The notes: a model not told the origin generated them from the sequence alone. 64,000 nt of DNA from an uncultured virus (IMG/VR IMGVR_UViG_3300037502_002629) (IMGVR_UViG_3300037502_002629), one strand, 5' to 3'. Positions 48,837-58,297 are shown, counted from the stretch's first letter. A program made the numbers and translations.

Positions 48837-49858
48837 TCTTCTAAGAAATGTCTAAGGTCATCTGCTTTCATCTCATCAAAGTGTTCTTCGTCCTCATCTT
48901 CTGTTTCTTCTTCTTCGACTACTATTTCCTCTTCTTCTTCATCTTCATAATCATCTTCGGTTATTTCATCAAAGAATTCATCGTCATCTGGAATCTTATC
49001 AACATTAGCAGTCATACTTACACTGTGGTCTTCTTCTGTAATATAGTTATAATGATCCCAGCTAAATGAATTTGTAGTAAGGGTCATGTCCCCGCGACCA
49101 CCTTCATTGTTGTAGAATCCACATTCTTTACTATCAATAAGGCGCCATATAAGTGAATCTAGTTCCCCAGATATTCTAATAGAATGGCGGTCACCGCTTT
49201 CTGTTTTTACGTAAACATCATCAGTACCACCAGAATCACCACTGCCACTATAGCTAATTTCAACACTTTTTATACCACTTGGTATTTCCTCAGCATAATG
49301 ACTCTCCTCGAAAAAATGTTTCCACAGATTAAATACCACTTCATCTAATTTTTCACTCATTTTTTCTGTATAAGGATTGTGATATACAGGTTTTGGCGGT
49401 GTAATTGGTACTTCAACAGTTACAGCGTCAAGTGCTTCTTTAATTATAGAATCCACAGCATCAAAATAAAATAACCCTATCCAATTGCTATATATTAGAT
49501 CAAATGACATAGTACCTCGTTCTTCCTGATTATCTATTCTGAACAAAGTGAAACAGCCTTTCTCCATATCAATTTCGAAGTGTTGGTCACCCTTCTGCTC
49601 TGCAATAGGAATTTCAATAAACTTGCGCGCATTTGCGATAGAGTGAAACACATCACCTATCGTATCATAAGTTCTTTTCTTAGATCCTATTGAAAGATCT
49701 GGATTGCGCTCTTTAAATCTGGCAAATGCATCTTTATAACGTACAATTTCATTAATAAATTCCTGAGCAGAAGCTATTTCGTTAACTTCTCTTGATGGTA
49801 ATGAACCCAGCACAGTTAATCCATTTGGTAGTATAATATTCAGAGTTCTTGATAACAT
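48833..49858 (-). CDS. Protein with DUF6878-like domain and acidic tail
   Basis: YSGSGDSG...GFYNNEGGRG; adjacent to the DUF6915-like gene. Confidence 0.6.
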   Translation of the reverse strand: MLSRTLNIILPNGLTVLGSLPSREVNEIASAQEFINEIVRYKDAFARFKERNPDLSIGSKKRTYDTIGDVFHSIANARKFIEIPIAEQKGDQHFEIDMEKGCFTLFRIDNQEERGTMSFDLIYSNWIGLFYFDAVDSIIKEALDAVTVEVPITPPKPVYHNPYTEKMSEKLDEVVFNLWKHFFEESHYAEEIPSGIKSVEISYSGSGDSGGTDDVYVKTESGDRHSIRISGELDSLIWRLIDSKECGFYNNEGGRGDMTLTTNSFSWDHYNYITEEDHSVSMTANVDKIPDDDEFFDEITEDDYEDEEEEEIVVEEEETEDEDEEHFDEMKADDLRHFLED

Positions 49859-50232
49859 TATTCTGCTAGTTTAATTGTTTGTAATTCTCCTGTTCTGATT
49901 GCTGCTTCCAGCTCCATCCAATAATTGACAATATTACCTCCTGCCAATACCAATATAGTTTTATAACCTCGTTTTTTTGTGCCCATTTGTCTAATAGACC
50001 TGATCCTCATTTTATAATCAGACCAACCTGATGGTAACTTAATTGATTCAACTATACCTGGTGCTGTGTAAATGTACACGTAACTGCCATTAATACCTGA
50101 ACCAAGTCCTAATACAACATCATCACCTACTTTATAGGTAACGCCGTTACTTGCCACAATACTATCTTTCTTTTCACCCTGCGCTAATGCGCTGGTAGAG
50201 ATAATCATTAAAATAAACAGTAATTTCTTCAT
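49858..50232 (-). CDS. Secreted hypothetical protein
   Basis: MKKLLFILMIISTSALAQ signal peptide. Confidence 0.7.
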   Translation of the reverse strand: MKKLLFILMIISTSALAQGEKKDSIVASNGVTYKVGDDVVLGLGSGINGSYVYIYTAPGIVESIKLPSGWSDYKMRIRSIRQMGTKKRGYKTILVLAGGNIVNYWMELEAAIRTGELQTIKLAE

Positions 50233-50244
50233 ATTTGTTAAATT

Positions 50245-50269
50245 AAAAGCCCCCAGTTTCCCAGGGGTT
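50245..50269 (-). terminator. Intrinsic terminator after VWA gene
   Basis: Minus strand CCCCTGG-GAAA-CTGGGGG followed by CTTTT. Confidence 0.55.
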
Positions 50270-50274
50270 TGTTC

Positions 50275-52113
50275 TTACAGTGTCACTTTTTCAGTAATCA
50301 ACGTATTGATTTTAGTACGCAGAAATTCTACAAATTGAGCAGGAAACTTTGACATATCATTCATGTGTATAACATTCTTAAACATGTCTTTGCTTCTATA
50401 ACCATCAATTGCAATTTGTATTACTTGAAAACCCATTTTTTCTACTTCATTCACCATCCTTCGTGTATGATCTATAGCATATACACCAGTATATTTATTC
50501 GCACAGGGAGAACCATCGCTAATGACAATAAATAAACCATTATTTTGTGTTTTACTACGCACACGCTTTGCTGCTGCTATAATAGCGGAACCATCTCGGT
50601 TTTCATATTTAGCGCTGATATCTGCAAGTGCAGTTTTCTGAGGGCTTCCTGGTTCTTTATATATTTGAATTTGTGTCGAACCTGTTCCACCTGTATCATA
50701 CTTCTTCATATAATCAACTTCACCATCCCAATCAGCAGTATGACCATAGATAAATAATTCTACATCTTTGACCTTTTTGAGACATTCATTAAGATAAATA
50801 GCTGCTTTGCGTGCCTGTTCAATTTTATATCCATGCATGCTACCAGATTCATCCACTAAAATAGTTACAGACAATTTATCAGTTTTTACTTGACCAATGC
50901 GTTCATAAATAGTAGATACATGTTGTTTAGCCTCGGCTAACTTATTAGTATCTAATCTACCGCTTCGCATTGACTTTAGAATAAATTGATAATCTCTGTT
51001 TTTGCGATGTAATAAATTTGCTATAACATTTGCTTTAGTAAGATCTATTTCATTAAGCAGACTGTTATACTTATCAGCACTGTGTTTACTGTCAGCAACA
51101 TTTAAATAATCAATTTTACTACCGCTTACTTTAATATCAATCTCTTCTTTTTCATCGAGTTCTTTCATGAAACTAGCAAAAGAGCCATCCTCTTTTTTGT
51201 CAGATTCTTCCATTTGTTCCATTAGCTTTTTAGCAAAATCGCTCAAGGAATCTTTTACAGATTTGCTCAATGATGTTTTTTTCTCAGATGTATCCTCGTC
51301 GGTTTTAGACTCATCACCAGAGCTTTCATCACCGTCTCCATCACCATCTTTATCACTATCTGAATCAGCACTACCACTTTTTTCTGACTTGCTTTTTTCT
51401 TGTTCTGTTACAAATTCAGAAATAATGTTACTGATTTTTTTACTTAGCTTATCACAATCTTCTATATCATCAGGTATACCATTATACTTTAATATTTGCG
51501 ATTTGATTTTATCAATTGGAATTTGAAACTTGCTAAGTTCTTCTTCTGTAATTTGGTCTGGATATCTAATAATGCGATCAAAGAGATCAAGCAGATGCTC
51601 ATAGTCATTACTTGCTACTGGTCGCGTCTCGTATTTATGATCTTTGTATTTTTTTATAAACTTCAAATACCCTGGAGTATGCTGAGCCATTCTTGTATTT
51701 ATCCGTTCTTGGTTCAGAGCATTAAATACAAATGATTTTAACGAAGACCGAACTTTGCTATTTTTTATTCTTAGGCGTTCATCTTTATCTAAATGCACAA
51801 GACTCGCAATATTTTGTAAAGACGCGCCTATAAAAACGTCAATATTGGTATCATTCAGCAATTTAGTTGGAATAAATGCTTTATCTACACTATTAGCATT
51901 ACCTGCAAATTCTTTACGACTAACGCCCATTACTTTTGACATCACCGATAATAAACTTGCAGCTTCTTCCATGTTTATTTTTTTACTTCCACCAAGAAAG
52001 AAATCGCTGTAATTTGCATAACCTTTATCCCAACTATAAGCTCGTTTGCTGGGATCATAATGAGTATAGCCATAATCGGCATCTCTGCTAAACCAATCTC
52101 TAAAATATGTCAT
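50275..52113 (-). CDS. CobT-like VWA domain protein (MoxR partner)
   Basis: RSGRLD, LVDESGSM (MIDAS), ENRDG and ISDGSP, with an acidic linker. Confidence 0.88.
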   Translation of the reverse strand: MTYFRDWFSRDADYGYTHYDPSKRAYSWDKGYANYSDFFLGGSKKINMEEAASLLSVMSKVMGVSRKEFAGNANSVDKAFIPTKLLNDTNIDVFIGASLQNIASLVHLDKDERLRIKNSKVRSSLKSFVFNALNQERINTRMAQHTPGYLKFIKKYKDHKYETRPVASNDYEHLLDLFDRIIRYPDQITEEELSKFQIPIDKIKSQILKYNGIPDDIEDCDKLSKKISNIISEFVTEQEKSKSEKSGSADSDSDKDGDGDGDESSGDESKTDEDTSEKKTSLSKSVKDSLSDFAKKLMEQMEESDKKEDGSFASFMKELDEKEEIDIKVSGSKIDYLNVADSKHSADKYNSLLNEIDLTKANVIANLLHRKNRDYQFILKSMRSGRLDTNKLAEAKQHVSTIYERIGQVKTDKLSVTILVDESGSMHGYKIEQARKAAIYLNECLKKVKDVELFIYGHTADWDGEVDYMKKYDTGGTGSTQIQIYKEPGSPQKTALADISAKYENRDGSAIIAAAKRVRSKTQNNGLFIVISDGSPCANKYTGVYAIDHTRRMVNEVEKMGFQVIQIAIDGYRSKDMFKNVIHMNDMSKFPAQFVEFLRTKINTLITEKVTL

Positions 52114-52117
52114 TTTG

Positions 52118-52303
52118 TTATTTTTTAAATGGTTTATCTAATTCTTTCCTATATTCATCTATATCAGTGAAAACAGGAGGAACTTTCCCGCACATAGCAC
52201 ACCCCATCTCTCCATGAGAGACAGGGTATACTACTGGTGAATACTGTTCGTTTTTGCAATAAATGCATTTAGTTTGCATTATTACTTTTGCCGTTTCAGT
52301 CAT
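52118..52303 (-). CDS. Small zinc-ribbon protein
   Basis: CIYC...CAMC. Confidence 0.6.
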   Translation of the reverse strand: MTETAKVIMQTKCIYCKNEQYSPVVYPVSHGEMGCAMCGKVPPVFTDIDEYRKELDKPFKK

Positions 52304-52797
52304 TAGTTCGCCGCAATAATTGATTTTACTTTACTACGTTCTGATACACCAGAGGCATCATCAAATAGGGGCAGTATAACTTTCATTAATGCACCTACAG
52401 TATCAAAGCCATCTTTAATCAAACTCGCAGCAAGCAGGGTGTGACGTACTGATATTACATTACTCAGTTCCTGCTCTTTGAATTGATTACGAATTGTAGA
52501 AGATACTTTAACAATCGCCTTAGCTGTTTTAGTGTCAATACCAGTGCGAATTGTTAAGATGTTTTCTTCTGCTTGCTCAGAGGGATAGCTCAATTCCACA
52601 GGGAAGAAACGATCTAACAAAGCGCGGTCAATCTGAGTAGTACCACTATACTCCGCACCTAAGTTAGCAGTGGCAAAGAATACACATTTCTCATTGACGG
52701 GGATACTACGCAGTGCATCACCGCCTGCAATGTCTACAGGAAGATATCTACGTTTGTCAAGACATGGGAACAATATGTTTGCGGCTGAAATCGGGGC
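52303..52797 (-). CDS. MoxR/CobS-like AAA+ ATPase, exon 2
   Basis: APISAANILF...FATAN.G.EYSGT..IDRALLDRF. It joins in frame to exon 1 as DELNR|APIS. Confidence 0.88.
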   Translation of the reverse strand, partial: APISAANILFPCLDKRRYLPVDIAGGDALRSIPVNEKCVFFATANLGAEYSGTTQIDRALLDRFFPVELSYPSEQAEENILTIRTGIDTKTAKAIVKVSSTIRNQFKEQELSNVISVRHTLLAASLIKDGFDTVGALMKVILPLFDDASGVSERSKVKSIIAAN

Positions 52798-52853
52798 CAA
52801 ATATGTTATCATAGAAGCTCTTTATCTTCTATTTCTGTATATTACTATACAGT

Positions 52854-53777
52854 TCAGACTATATCATCATCATGATTATTAATCATGAGCAGGGCACTCG
52901 TGTTAGCATTACTGTCCTCAACATTACTTGGTAGGACTCGGCTATTAGTCGTTGAACCTTCAAGAGCATTACTGCTCAAGCTTGGCTGCTGATTGTCCTC
53001 TGAGCCATCAGTAGGAGTTTCCAGCAATTCACCCTGTTTTACAATCGCTATCCCCTTCTTAAATCTGTATTTACCTTTAACTTTCTTACCTATACCTCTA
53101 CAAACACTTGAAATACATGCACACAAACTATCAAAATTATCTCCTTCTTCATAAATGCTTCTAGCTGCAGTAGCTATATTTTTAAATTCTGAAATATTAC
53201 CTTCAGAATCAATCATAGTTACTCCAACCCATTTCCACTTAGATCTTTGTAAATCATAAGTGACTTCAGCATTTTTGTTGTAGCTCCACAAATAACCACC
53301 CGCAGATTTAAGTTTACCATTACAAACTTGTATAATGGAACTTGCTGCTATGTGAGTCTGTCGTTGAGCTTCTTTTGTAGAAGGATAATTACTTACTAGT
53401 TTACCATCAAGTCCAAACTGGTATACAGTTTTACTGTTAGGTATAGAATTATTTTGTGTTACAGGATCCAGTTTATTATTCAATACTGGCCCTAACAACT
53501 CAATCCAATTTTTTTCTAGTTCAAGTAATTTTTCTCTTGATATGTCTTTTTCAAGATGCAGTACAGAATAATGACACTTTTCTGAACCGTGTTTGTTGAA
53601 TGTGTGCTGCATCCTAGAATTTTCATGACTATTCTTTATCAATTTGTTTTTATGTTCCCTAAGTCTGTTTTGAATATTTACAGAACTTCCTACATAATTT
53701 AATTCATTGATTTTGAGATAGTAGATTCCAGGATACTTACTTATTACATCAAGTGATGTTTGAAATAGAGGTGTCAT
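52854..53777 (-). CDS. Intron-encoded GIY-YIG homing endonuclease with NUMOD1-like repeats
   Basis: GIYYL...YVGSS...RLREH; VYQFGLDGKLV..YPS..EA...I...C.GK.KSAGGYLW. Confidence 0.9.
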   Translation of the reverse strand: MTPLFQTSLDVISKYPGIYYLKINELNYVGSSVNIQNRLREHKNKLIKNSHENSRMQHTFNKHGSEKCHYSVLHLEKDISREKLLELEKNWIELLGPVLNNKLDPVTQNNSIPNSKTVYQFGLDGKLVSNYPSTKEAQRQTHIAASSIIQVCNGKLKSAGGYLWSYNKNAEVTYDLQRSKWKWVGVTMIDSEGNISEFKNIATAARSIYEEGDNFDSLCACISSVCRGIGKKVKGKYRFKKGIAIVKQGELLETPTDGSEDNQQPSLSSNALEGSTTNSRVLPSNVEDSNANTSALLMINNHDDDIV

Positions 53778-53804
53778 TGTAATTAGTATTAGATGATTTT
53801 AATA

Positions 53805-53836
53805 CAAATATACAATTATTTGTTAAGATAAACAAA
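53805..53836 (-). promoter_or_regulatory. Bacteroidetes-type promoter inside the intron, upstream of the endonuclease ORF
   Basis: Minus strand TTTG-N20-TATATTTG, 27 nt before ATG 53777. Confidence 0.7.
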
Positions 53837-53857
53837 TACTTAAGATTTTATTTATTA

Positions 53858-54625
53858 ACGATTCAACTCGTCAAGAAGTACGATACCATCTTGTTGCACA
53901 TGGCCTACAAATGGAGCATAATCGAACTCTGAATGACCGTCTTTATTCAACCTGTGCACACCTAACAATGCAGATTGAGCATCTTGCACAGTACCCATAT
54001 CCTGTATACTCAAGGGTTTTTCCATGGCACGCGCAATGTGTGATACCAGCTCTGTCTTGCCTGAGCCTGTAGGTCCTACCAACAACGTATTTTCACCACG
54101 CATGATGTTACGTATTAACAAATACCATACATCTGCATCAATGTGAAAACCTGTGCTTTGCTCATCTGGACAAGGGTACAATCGCATAATACGATCTCTT
54201 AGTGTACCTGTTTCATCTTCGGCATAAGCTTTACATTTAGCTTCCACATCTAACAAGTAACCCATCTCGACCCACTTAGCTGCATATTCGAGGGCTTTTT
54301 CGCGCTTAATCTCATTAGACATAAGCATCCACTCAAACGTGTAGTTAACATCTTCGTGTGTGCAGGATATTTCACCTACAGTATTCCCATATACAGTTTC
54401 TTCGTAAATGACAGGACGCGGTGCCCCTATAATCTTAGAAACTACTTCACCCCAAAGGATTTCACTAACAATAAACACTGTCCCTATCGGGAATTTTGTC
54501 AATATTTTAGAGTCACCTGTAAACGTGGTGCTGGATAAATCAATTGCCTTTGGTTTATTAGGCTGGTTGTCAACAAATTCAATGTTAAATTGTGTACCTC
54601 TGAGGGCGGTTTTAATTAAATACAT
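53858..54625 (-). CDS. MoxR/CobS-like AAA+ ATPase, exon 1 (spliced product 420 aa)
   Basis: GPTGSGKT and LLDELNR. The TAA that follows is the first three nucleotides of the intron. Confidence 0.88.
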
Positions 54626-54627
54626 GT

Positions 54628-54873
54628 TTAATTTTTAAATTTTGATTGTAGATATTCAATAAGATACTTTGCGTAACTAACCAGTAACACATGTTTGTCA
54701 AATACAAATTGTTCTTTGCCTTCAGCTAACGCCTTTGCATATTCTTTTTTTAATCTTGCAAAGTCTTCTCTGTCAAAAGATCTGTAATCAGTCATAACTT
54801 TACGATTGGACGTTTGACCATAATAAATAATACACAGAACCATCAGGCCTGCTAACACCAGTACTATAAGCAT
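54628..54873 (-). CDS. Hypothetical protein
   Basis: ORF track. N-terminal hydrophobic segment; start uncertain. Confidence 0.55.
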   Translation of the reverse strand: MLIVLVLAGLMVLCIIYYGQTSNRKVMTDYRSFDREDFARLKKEYAKALAEGKEQFVFDKHVLLVSYAKYLIEYLQSKFKN

Positions 54874-55060
54874 TCATAATAATATTACTGAATTCATCTT
54901 CTGAAAACATATAATTACTTTTAGGTCCAAAAACTAAATTGCAGATATATGTTTCCGCTTGGTTTATTATCTCCTCACTAAACTGTTCCTCTAAAATAGG
55001 AAATGCCTCAATAATCTGAGGCATTTCTTTAATGATTGCTAATACATTTAATACTCTCAT
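54800..55060 (-). CDS. Hypothetical protein
   Basis: ORF track. Confidence 0.55.
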   Translation of the reverse strand: MRVLNVLAIIKEMPQIIEAFPILEEQFSEEIINQAETYICNLVFGPKSNYMFSEDEFSNIIMNAYSTGVSRPDGSVYYLLWSNVQS

Positions 55061-55275
55061 GCAAGATCTAGTTCTTCAAACAGTAAACCATATCCAATAA
55101 TACCAGCCACCCAATTCTGAATAGTTTGTTTGGCTTTACGCTTAGACTTATAGCCCTCGCTTGTGAGAATAATTTGTCCATTTACAGTACTGATAATATG
55201 CCAGTACCATTGTTTGTCAATGCCTCTCCACAACTGAAGAGCATACATTGGTTTGTTTTTACGTGTTTTTTTCAT
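55057..55275 (-). CDS. DUF1508/YegP-like protein
   Basis: QWYWHIISTVNGQIILTSEGYKSKRKA. Confidence 0.7.
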   Translation of the reverse strand: MKKTRKNKPMYALQLWRGIDKQWYWHIISTVNGQIILTSEGYKSKRKAKQTIQNWVAGIIGYGLLFEELDLA

Positions 55276-55346
55276 ATTATGTCCATGTTAGATTTAACTA
55301 TTTCAATCAACTTTTTTAATCATTTTGTCAAGTTATAGGACGGCAG

Positions 55347-55580
55347 TTAACTTCTCTCGTTCCAGTAGTCATCAAAATCGCACATTGACCGGGCATAGAC
55401 ATGACCTCTGGCATCATGTGCATGGATTGCAGCGTCCCAAGTTTGACCGTGTTGGTGTCGTTCAAGCTCCAGAAGTTCCTCAGCCTTGTCAATCGCTTGG
55501 GCGAATGAGAGTATCTTACTTGGATTATCCTTGAGCATCTGCTCACCCCATTCAATCAGTTGTTGGAGTGCGGTCTTCAT
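55347..55580 (-). CDS. Small protein of the 'KTAV/LxW...EKEQI...YYNE' family
   Basis: MKTALQQLIEW...LELERHQHGQTW...DDYWNE. Confidence 0.65.
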   Translation of the reverse strand: MKTALQQLIEWGEQMLKDNPSKILSFAQAIDKAEELLELERHQHGQTWDAAIHAHDARGHVYARSMCDFDDYWNERS

Positions 55581-55807
55581 CCTAACAGTTGCCTCCATTT
55601 TTGCTGGATGTCATACGGATTCTTGACATACTCGTTGAGTTCATTCACAGCCTCTTCTACACTTTCAAATGGGATTTGCTTGCAGCCTACTTTAATGACA
55701 CATCCTCGTGCCATAAATTCAATCTCAATCTTATACTCCTGAAGGAAGTATTGATTTGAAGGTCTTTGAATTGAAGGTTCGGTTGGTGTTAATGTGTTGT
55801 GGTTCAT
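55577..55807 (-). CDS. Hypothetical protein
   Basis: ORF track. ATGA overlaps on both sides. Confidence 0.65.
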   Translation of the reverse strand: MNHNTLTPTEPSIQRPSNQYFLQEYKIEIEFMARGCVIKVGCKQIPFESVEEAVNELNEYVKNPYDIQQKWRQLLG

Positions 55808-56052
55808 TGTTTAGGTTGTTTATAGTTTTCATTATAGTAATTCTCAGCATATACTTGGTCTGTCCAAGGTTCTGATAGGTAGTCTCGACCATTCCTAAAA
55901 CTTTCTTTTGCTACCTTGACAATCATTTCTGCTTCCTTTTGTTTAGCAATGGCATATGTCATACAAGCTGTTTCATATAAATCTCCATCGTGTTCAAAAT
56001 GACTTTTAATTTTATCAAAGTACCAATCTACTGCGGTTTGTTTATTTTCCAT
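55804..56052 (-). CDS. Small protein of the 'QTAVDW...YYNE' family
   Basis: MENKQTAVDW...AKQKEAEMI...AENYYNENY. Confidence 0.7.
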   Translation of the reverse strand: MENKQTAVDWYFDKIKSHFEHDGDLYETACMTYAIAKQKEAEMIVKVAKESFRNGRDYLSEPWTDQVYAENYYNENYKQPKQ

Positions 56053-56248
56053 ATGTTTCATTGTAGTATTGTTCTGCATTATTTAAAGTAATATCTTCTG
56101 GGAATGAAGAACCTTCATCAAATCCTCTGTCAAGCGCTTTCATTATCTGCTCCTTCTCTATTGCGAGTGCTTGGTCAAAGTCTGATGCTTGAAGTTCTTT
56201 TGTCTGGCTTAGATTCCAAAGCCATTCGACTGCTGTCTGTTGTTTCAT
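56042..56248 (-). CDS. Small protein of the 'QTAVEW...YYNE' family
   Basis: MKQQTAVEWL...ALAIEKEQIMKA...AEQYYNETY. Confidence 0.7.
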   Translation of the reverse strand: MKQQTAVEWLWNLSQTKELQASDFDQALAIEKEQIMKALDRGFDEGSSFPEDITLNNAEQYYNETYGK

Positions 56249-56249
56249 A

Positions 56250-56639
56250 TTAATACTCTCTTTTAGGTATAAATTTTTCCATTCCAATGATGTACTCTTC
56301 AGCTATCCAAGAAGTGGATGTGGTGTAATACTTTTCTCCCATCTTAAATGCTCTATGCGTTTCTTCTACATCATTGTAGTTTGTCTTTACCATGTACTGA
56401 TTGTCGGGGTTGAACCTTGCATGAAATACTTGAGTGTCTTCTTTCTTAGCCAAGCTTTCTTCATACTGCCAATCCTTTTGTAGCCATTCAAAGAGGTGTA
56501 TCCTTTCACCTTCTGTCATTTGACTCCAATATTTGTCTGTTAAGTTTTGCCAAAACATTGTCCGTGCAATTGGTCTTGGCGGTATACAAGCCTCTGCTAA
56601 GAAGGCTAATTCAAAGAAATCTATTGTGAATGTAGTCAT
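56250..56639 (-). CDS. Hypothetical protein
   Basis: The likely start is MTTFTIDFFEL at 56639. The longer ORF-track call overlaps the cassette gene. Confidence 0.65.
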   Translation of the reverse strand: MTTFTIDFFELAFLAEACIPPRPIARTMFWQNLTDKYWSQMTEGERIHLFEWLQKDWQYEESLAKKEDTQVFHARFNPDNQYMVKTNYNDVEETHRAFKMGEKYYTTSTSWIAEEYIIGMEKFIPKREY

Positions 56640-56727
56640 ACTATGGTTGTGTTTTGTTTCATCTATCCCATCCCCTCCTGCTGGATTGGCGAAATAATAT
56701 ATCGGTAATAATAAGTTAGCGGTAATA

Positions 56728-57102
56728 TTACTTACCGTACACAAACCAAATCGGCTTAACTGAACAAAACATTCCCCAATCTTGACTGCCAACACCACTT
56801 CTTTCAGTTGACAACTCAAATGCAACTTTTGTGCTTCCATCTGTATCGGGTTCATTTGCTGTTGGTTTTTTATTGGCTTGATACCATCCCCAAGCGAAAT
56901 CAATAGTTTGTTGTAAATTGTATTCGTAAGGGAATTTTTCGCACTTGTCCGAATACCTTGAAAGAAATAATTCGTTTTCAATTATTTTATATCCGTTGCA
57001 TCTAAATTCCTTATTGAAAGGAACTTCATCCAATGCAATAAGTTTTAAGCCTAATTCAAAGGCTTCTTTTGTGGTGTTTCTAACTAATACTTCTACATTC
57101 AT
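56728..57102 (-). CDS. Hypothetical protein (cassette 1)
   Basis: ORF track. Contains EPDTDGS and is bounded by GTTAGCGGTAGTA and TATTACCGCTAAC. Confidence 0.75.
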   Translation of the reverse strand: MNVEVLVRNTTKEAFELGLKLIALDEVPFNKEFRCNGYKIIENELFLSRYSDKCEKFPYEYNLQQTIDFAWGWYQANKKPTANEPDTDGSTKVAFELSTERSGVGSQDWGMFCSVKPIWFVYGK

Positions 57103-57151
57103 TTTATTATCGTTTTTAATTGAAAATCACTCGTAAACTAAACCGTACTAC

Positions 57152-57282
57152 CGCTAACAAGGGTTTGTAGCAATAGGGGCAGAAGTGCTTTAATTAAGCT
57201 GTGTACTTCTAATCAGCTTTAGTAGGTAATTGAACAGTAGTGCATCTAATCCCCTACTGCTACAAGCCCCGAAACGTTAGCT
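57152..57282. repeat. attC-like site A
   Basis: CGCTAAC...GTTAGCT ends. Inner arms GGGTTTGTAGCAATAGGGG / CCCCTACTGCTACAAGCCC are 17/19 complementary. Confidence 0.82.
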
Positions 57283-57903
57283 GCAACCGTAAGAAAGCAC
57301 CTCGATAGCCTTGTTCGCTTGTTCGATAGTTAATCCTTCCATTGAATCACAGCAGATAAAATATTTTGATTGTTCGTAAAGCATATCGGAATCATCATCT
57401 AAAATCACATAGGTAAAATCAGTTCCCAGCTTATTTGAACGCATCATTTTAAAACTACCATCTTCATTTAAAATTTGGTATCGCTCATTTTGTTCAGGGT
57501 AAGCATACCAAGGGTAAATTACGTGTGTATCTAACCATTGTTTAATTTCAACACCCCTCGGAATTGATAAATGAACACCTTTTTGTAAATATTGATAAGC
57601 TCTAATTGTTATACCTATAATTTCATCACAAAATTTAAAGCCGTGTTCTTTCATGTGTTCAATAGTATCTTCAATAGTATGTTTTCTCCAACTGCTACTA
57701 AGAACTATTTTTGCACCTGTTTTTTCTATTATCATTCCAAGTAATTCTTGTTTTTCGGGTGTTAAAGCCCACATTCCATGCTCAACTGTTTTTGGTGTAG
57801 CAATTACCCCATCAATATCGAGAAAAATAAAACGGCAGCAGCTAACCGCACCTATACGCAAAATGGGGTTGTCGTTCTCGTTGGATAAATTTTCAGTATT
57901 CAT
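57277..57903 (-). CDS. HAD-family protein (Swiss-army-knife RNA-repair-like HAD), cassette 2
   Basis: FLDIDGV, IVLSSSWR, RGVEIKQWL and YVILDDDSDM. The stop TAA lies in the GCTAAC box of site A. Confidence 0.8.
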   Translation of the reverse strand: MNTENLSNENDNPILRIGAVSCCRFIFLDIDGVIATPKTVEHGMWALTPEKQELLGMIIEKTGAKIVLSSSWRKHTIEDTIEHMKEHGFKFCDEIIGITIRAYQYLQKGVHLSIPRGVEIKQWLDTHVIYPWYAYPEQNERYQILNEDGSFKMMRSNKLGTDFTYVILDDDSDMLYEQSKYFICCDSMEGLTIEQANKAIEVLSYGCS

Positions 57904-57972
57904 AAGTTTCGTTTTTGTTGTTAATTTTGTGGGTACAATCCCCATTCAGCGCATAGCTGCAACTCGTTAGTG
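57840..57972. repeat. attC-like site B
   Basis: AGCTAAC...GTTAGTG ends. Arms GCACCTATACGCAAAATGGGGTTGT / ACAATCCCCATTCAGCGCATAGCTGC. Confidence 0.8.
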
Positions 57973-57979
57973 GCAAGTG

Positions 57980-58297
57980 CTACTGACCGTTCCATAACAA
58001 ACGATGTTCGTCTAACTTGTCATAATATTGTTTCATATTTTCATCGCCTACAATTTGTTTTAATTCCTGCTTCCAAAAGTCTTTTTCTAAATTGTGAAGT
58101 TCATTAGCTCTTATAAGCCTTGCAGTTTCGTTAGGGTTCTCAAGTTTATTATAGTTCAGTGTTGCAAGCCTTAATCTGAATCCACTTATAATTGCTCTTA
58201 CTTTAGGAATTAAAACATCTTTCCTAAAATATGGCTCATCGTTTATAGCTTGTACTAATATTTCTGATAATTCTTTTGTACTCGTTTCTTTTGACAT
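57980..58297 (-). CDS. Hypothetical protein (cassette 3)
   Basis: ORF track. Lies between sites B and C. Confidence 0.75.
   Translation of the reverse strand: MSKETSTKELSEILVQAINDEPYFRKDVLIPKVRAIISGFRLRLATLNYNKLENPNETARLIRANELHNLEKDFWKQELKQIVGDENMKQYYDKLDEHRLLWNGQ

Larger units (their letters stand above)
52798..53857 (-). mobile_element. Group I intron (1060 nt) in the AAA ATPase gene
   Basis: The 5' exon ends in U (CGT) and the intron ends in G (ATATTTG). Core elements are GAATTGCTGGAAAC, AATCAGCAGCCAAG, TTCAACGACTA and GATATAGTCTG. The IGS GGGGATAGCGATT (53055-53043) pairs with AATCGT|TA and with the 3' exon CCCC. Confidence 0.92.

Noticed and set aside
52798..52812. MITYL start for a separate 169-aa gene
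   Set aside because: These codons are the intron 3' end; the rest is exon 2 of the ATPase.
56640..56981. N-terminal half of the 243-aa ORF 56250..56981
   Set aside because: It overlaps cassette gene 56728..57102 in another frame and crosses a cassette boundary.
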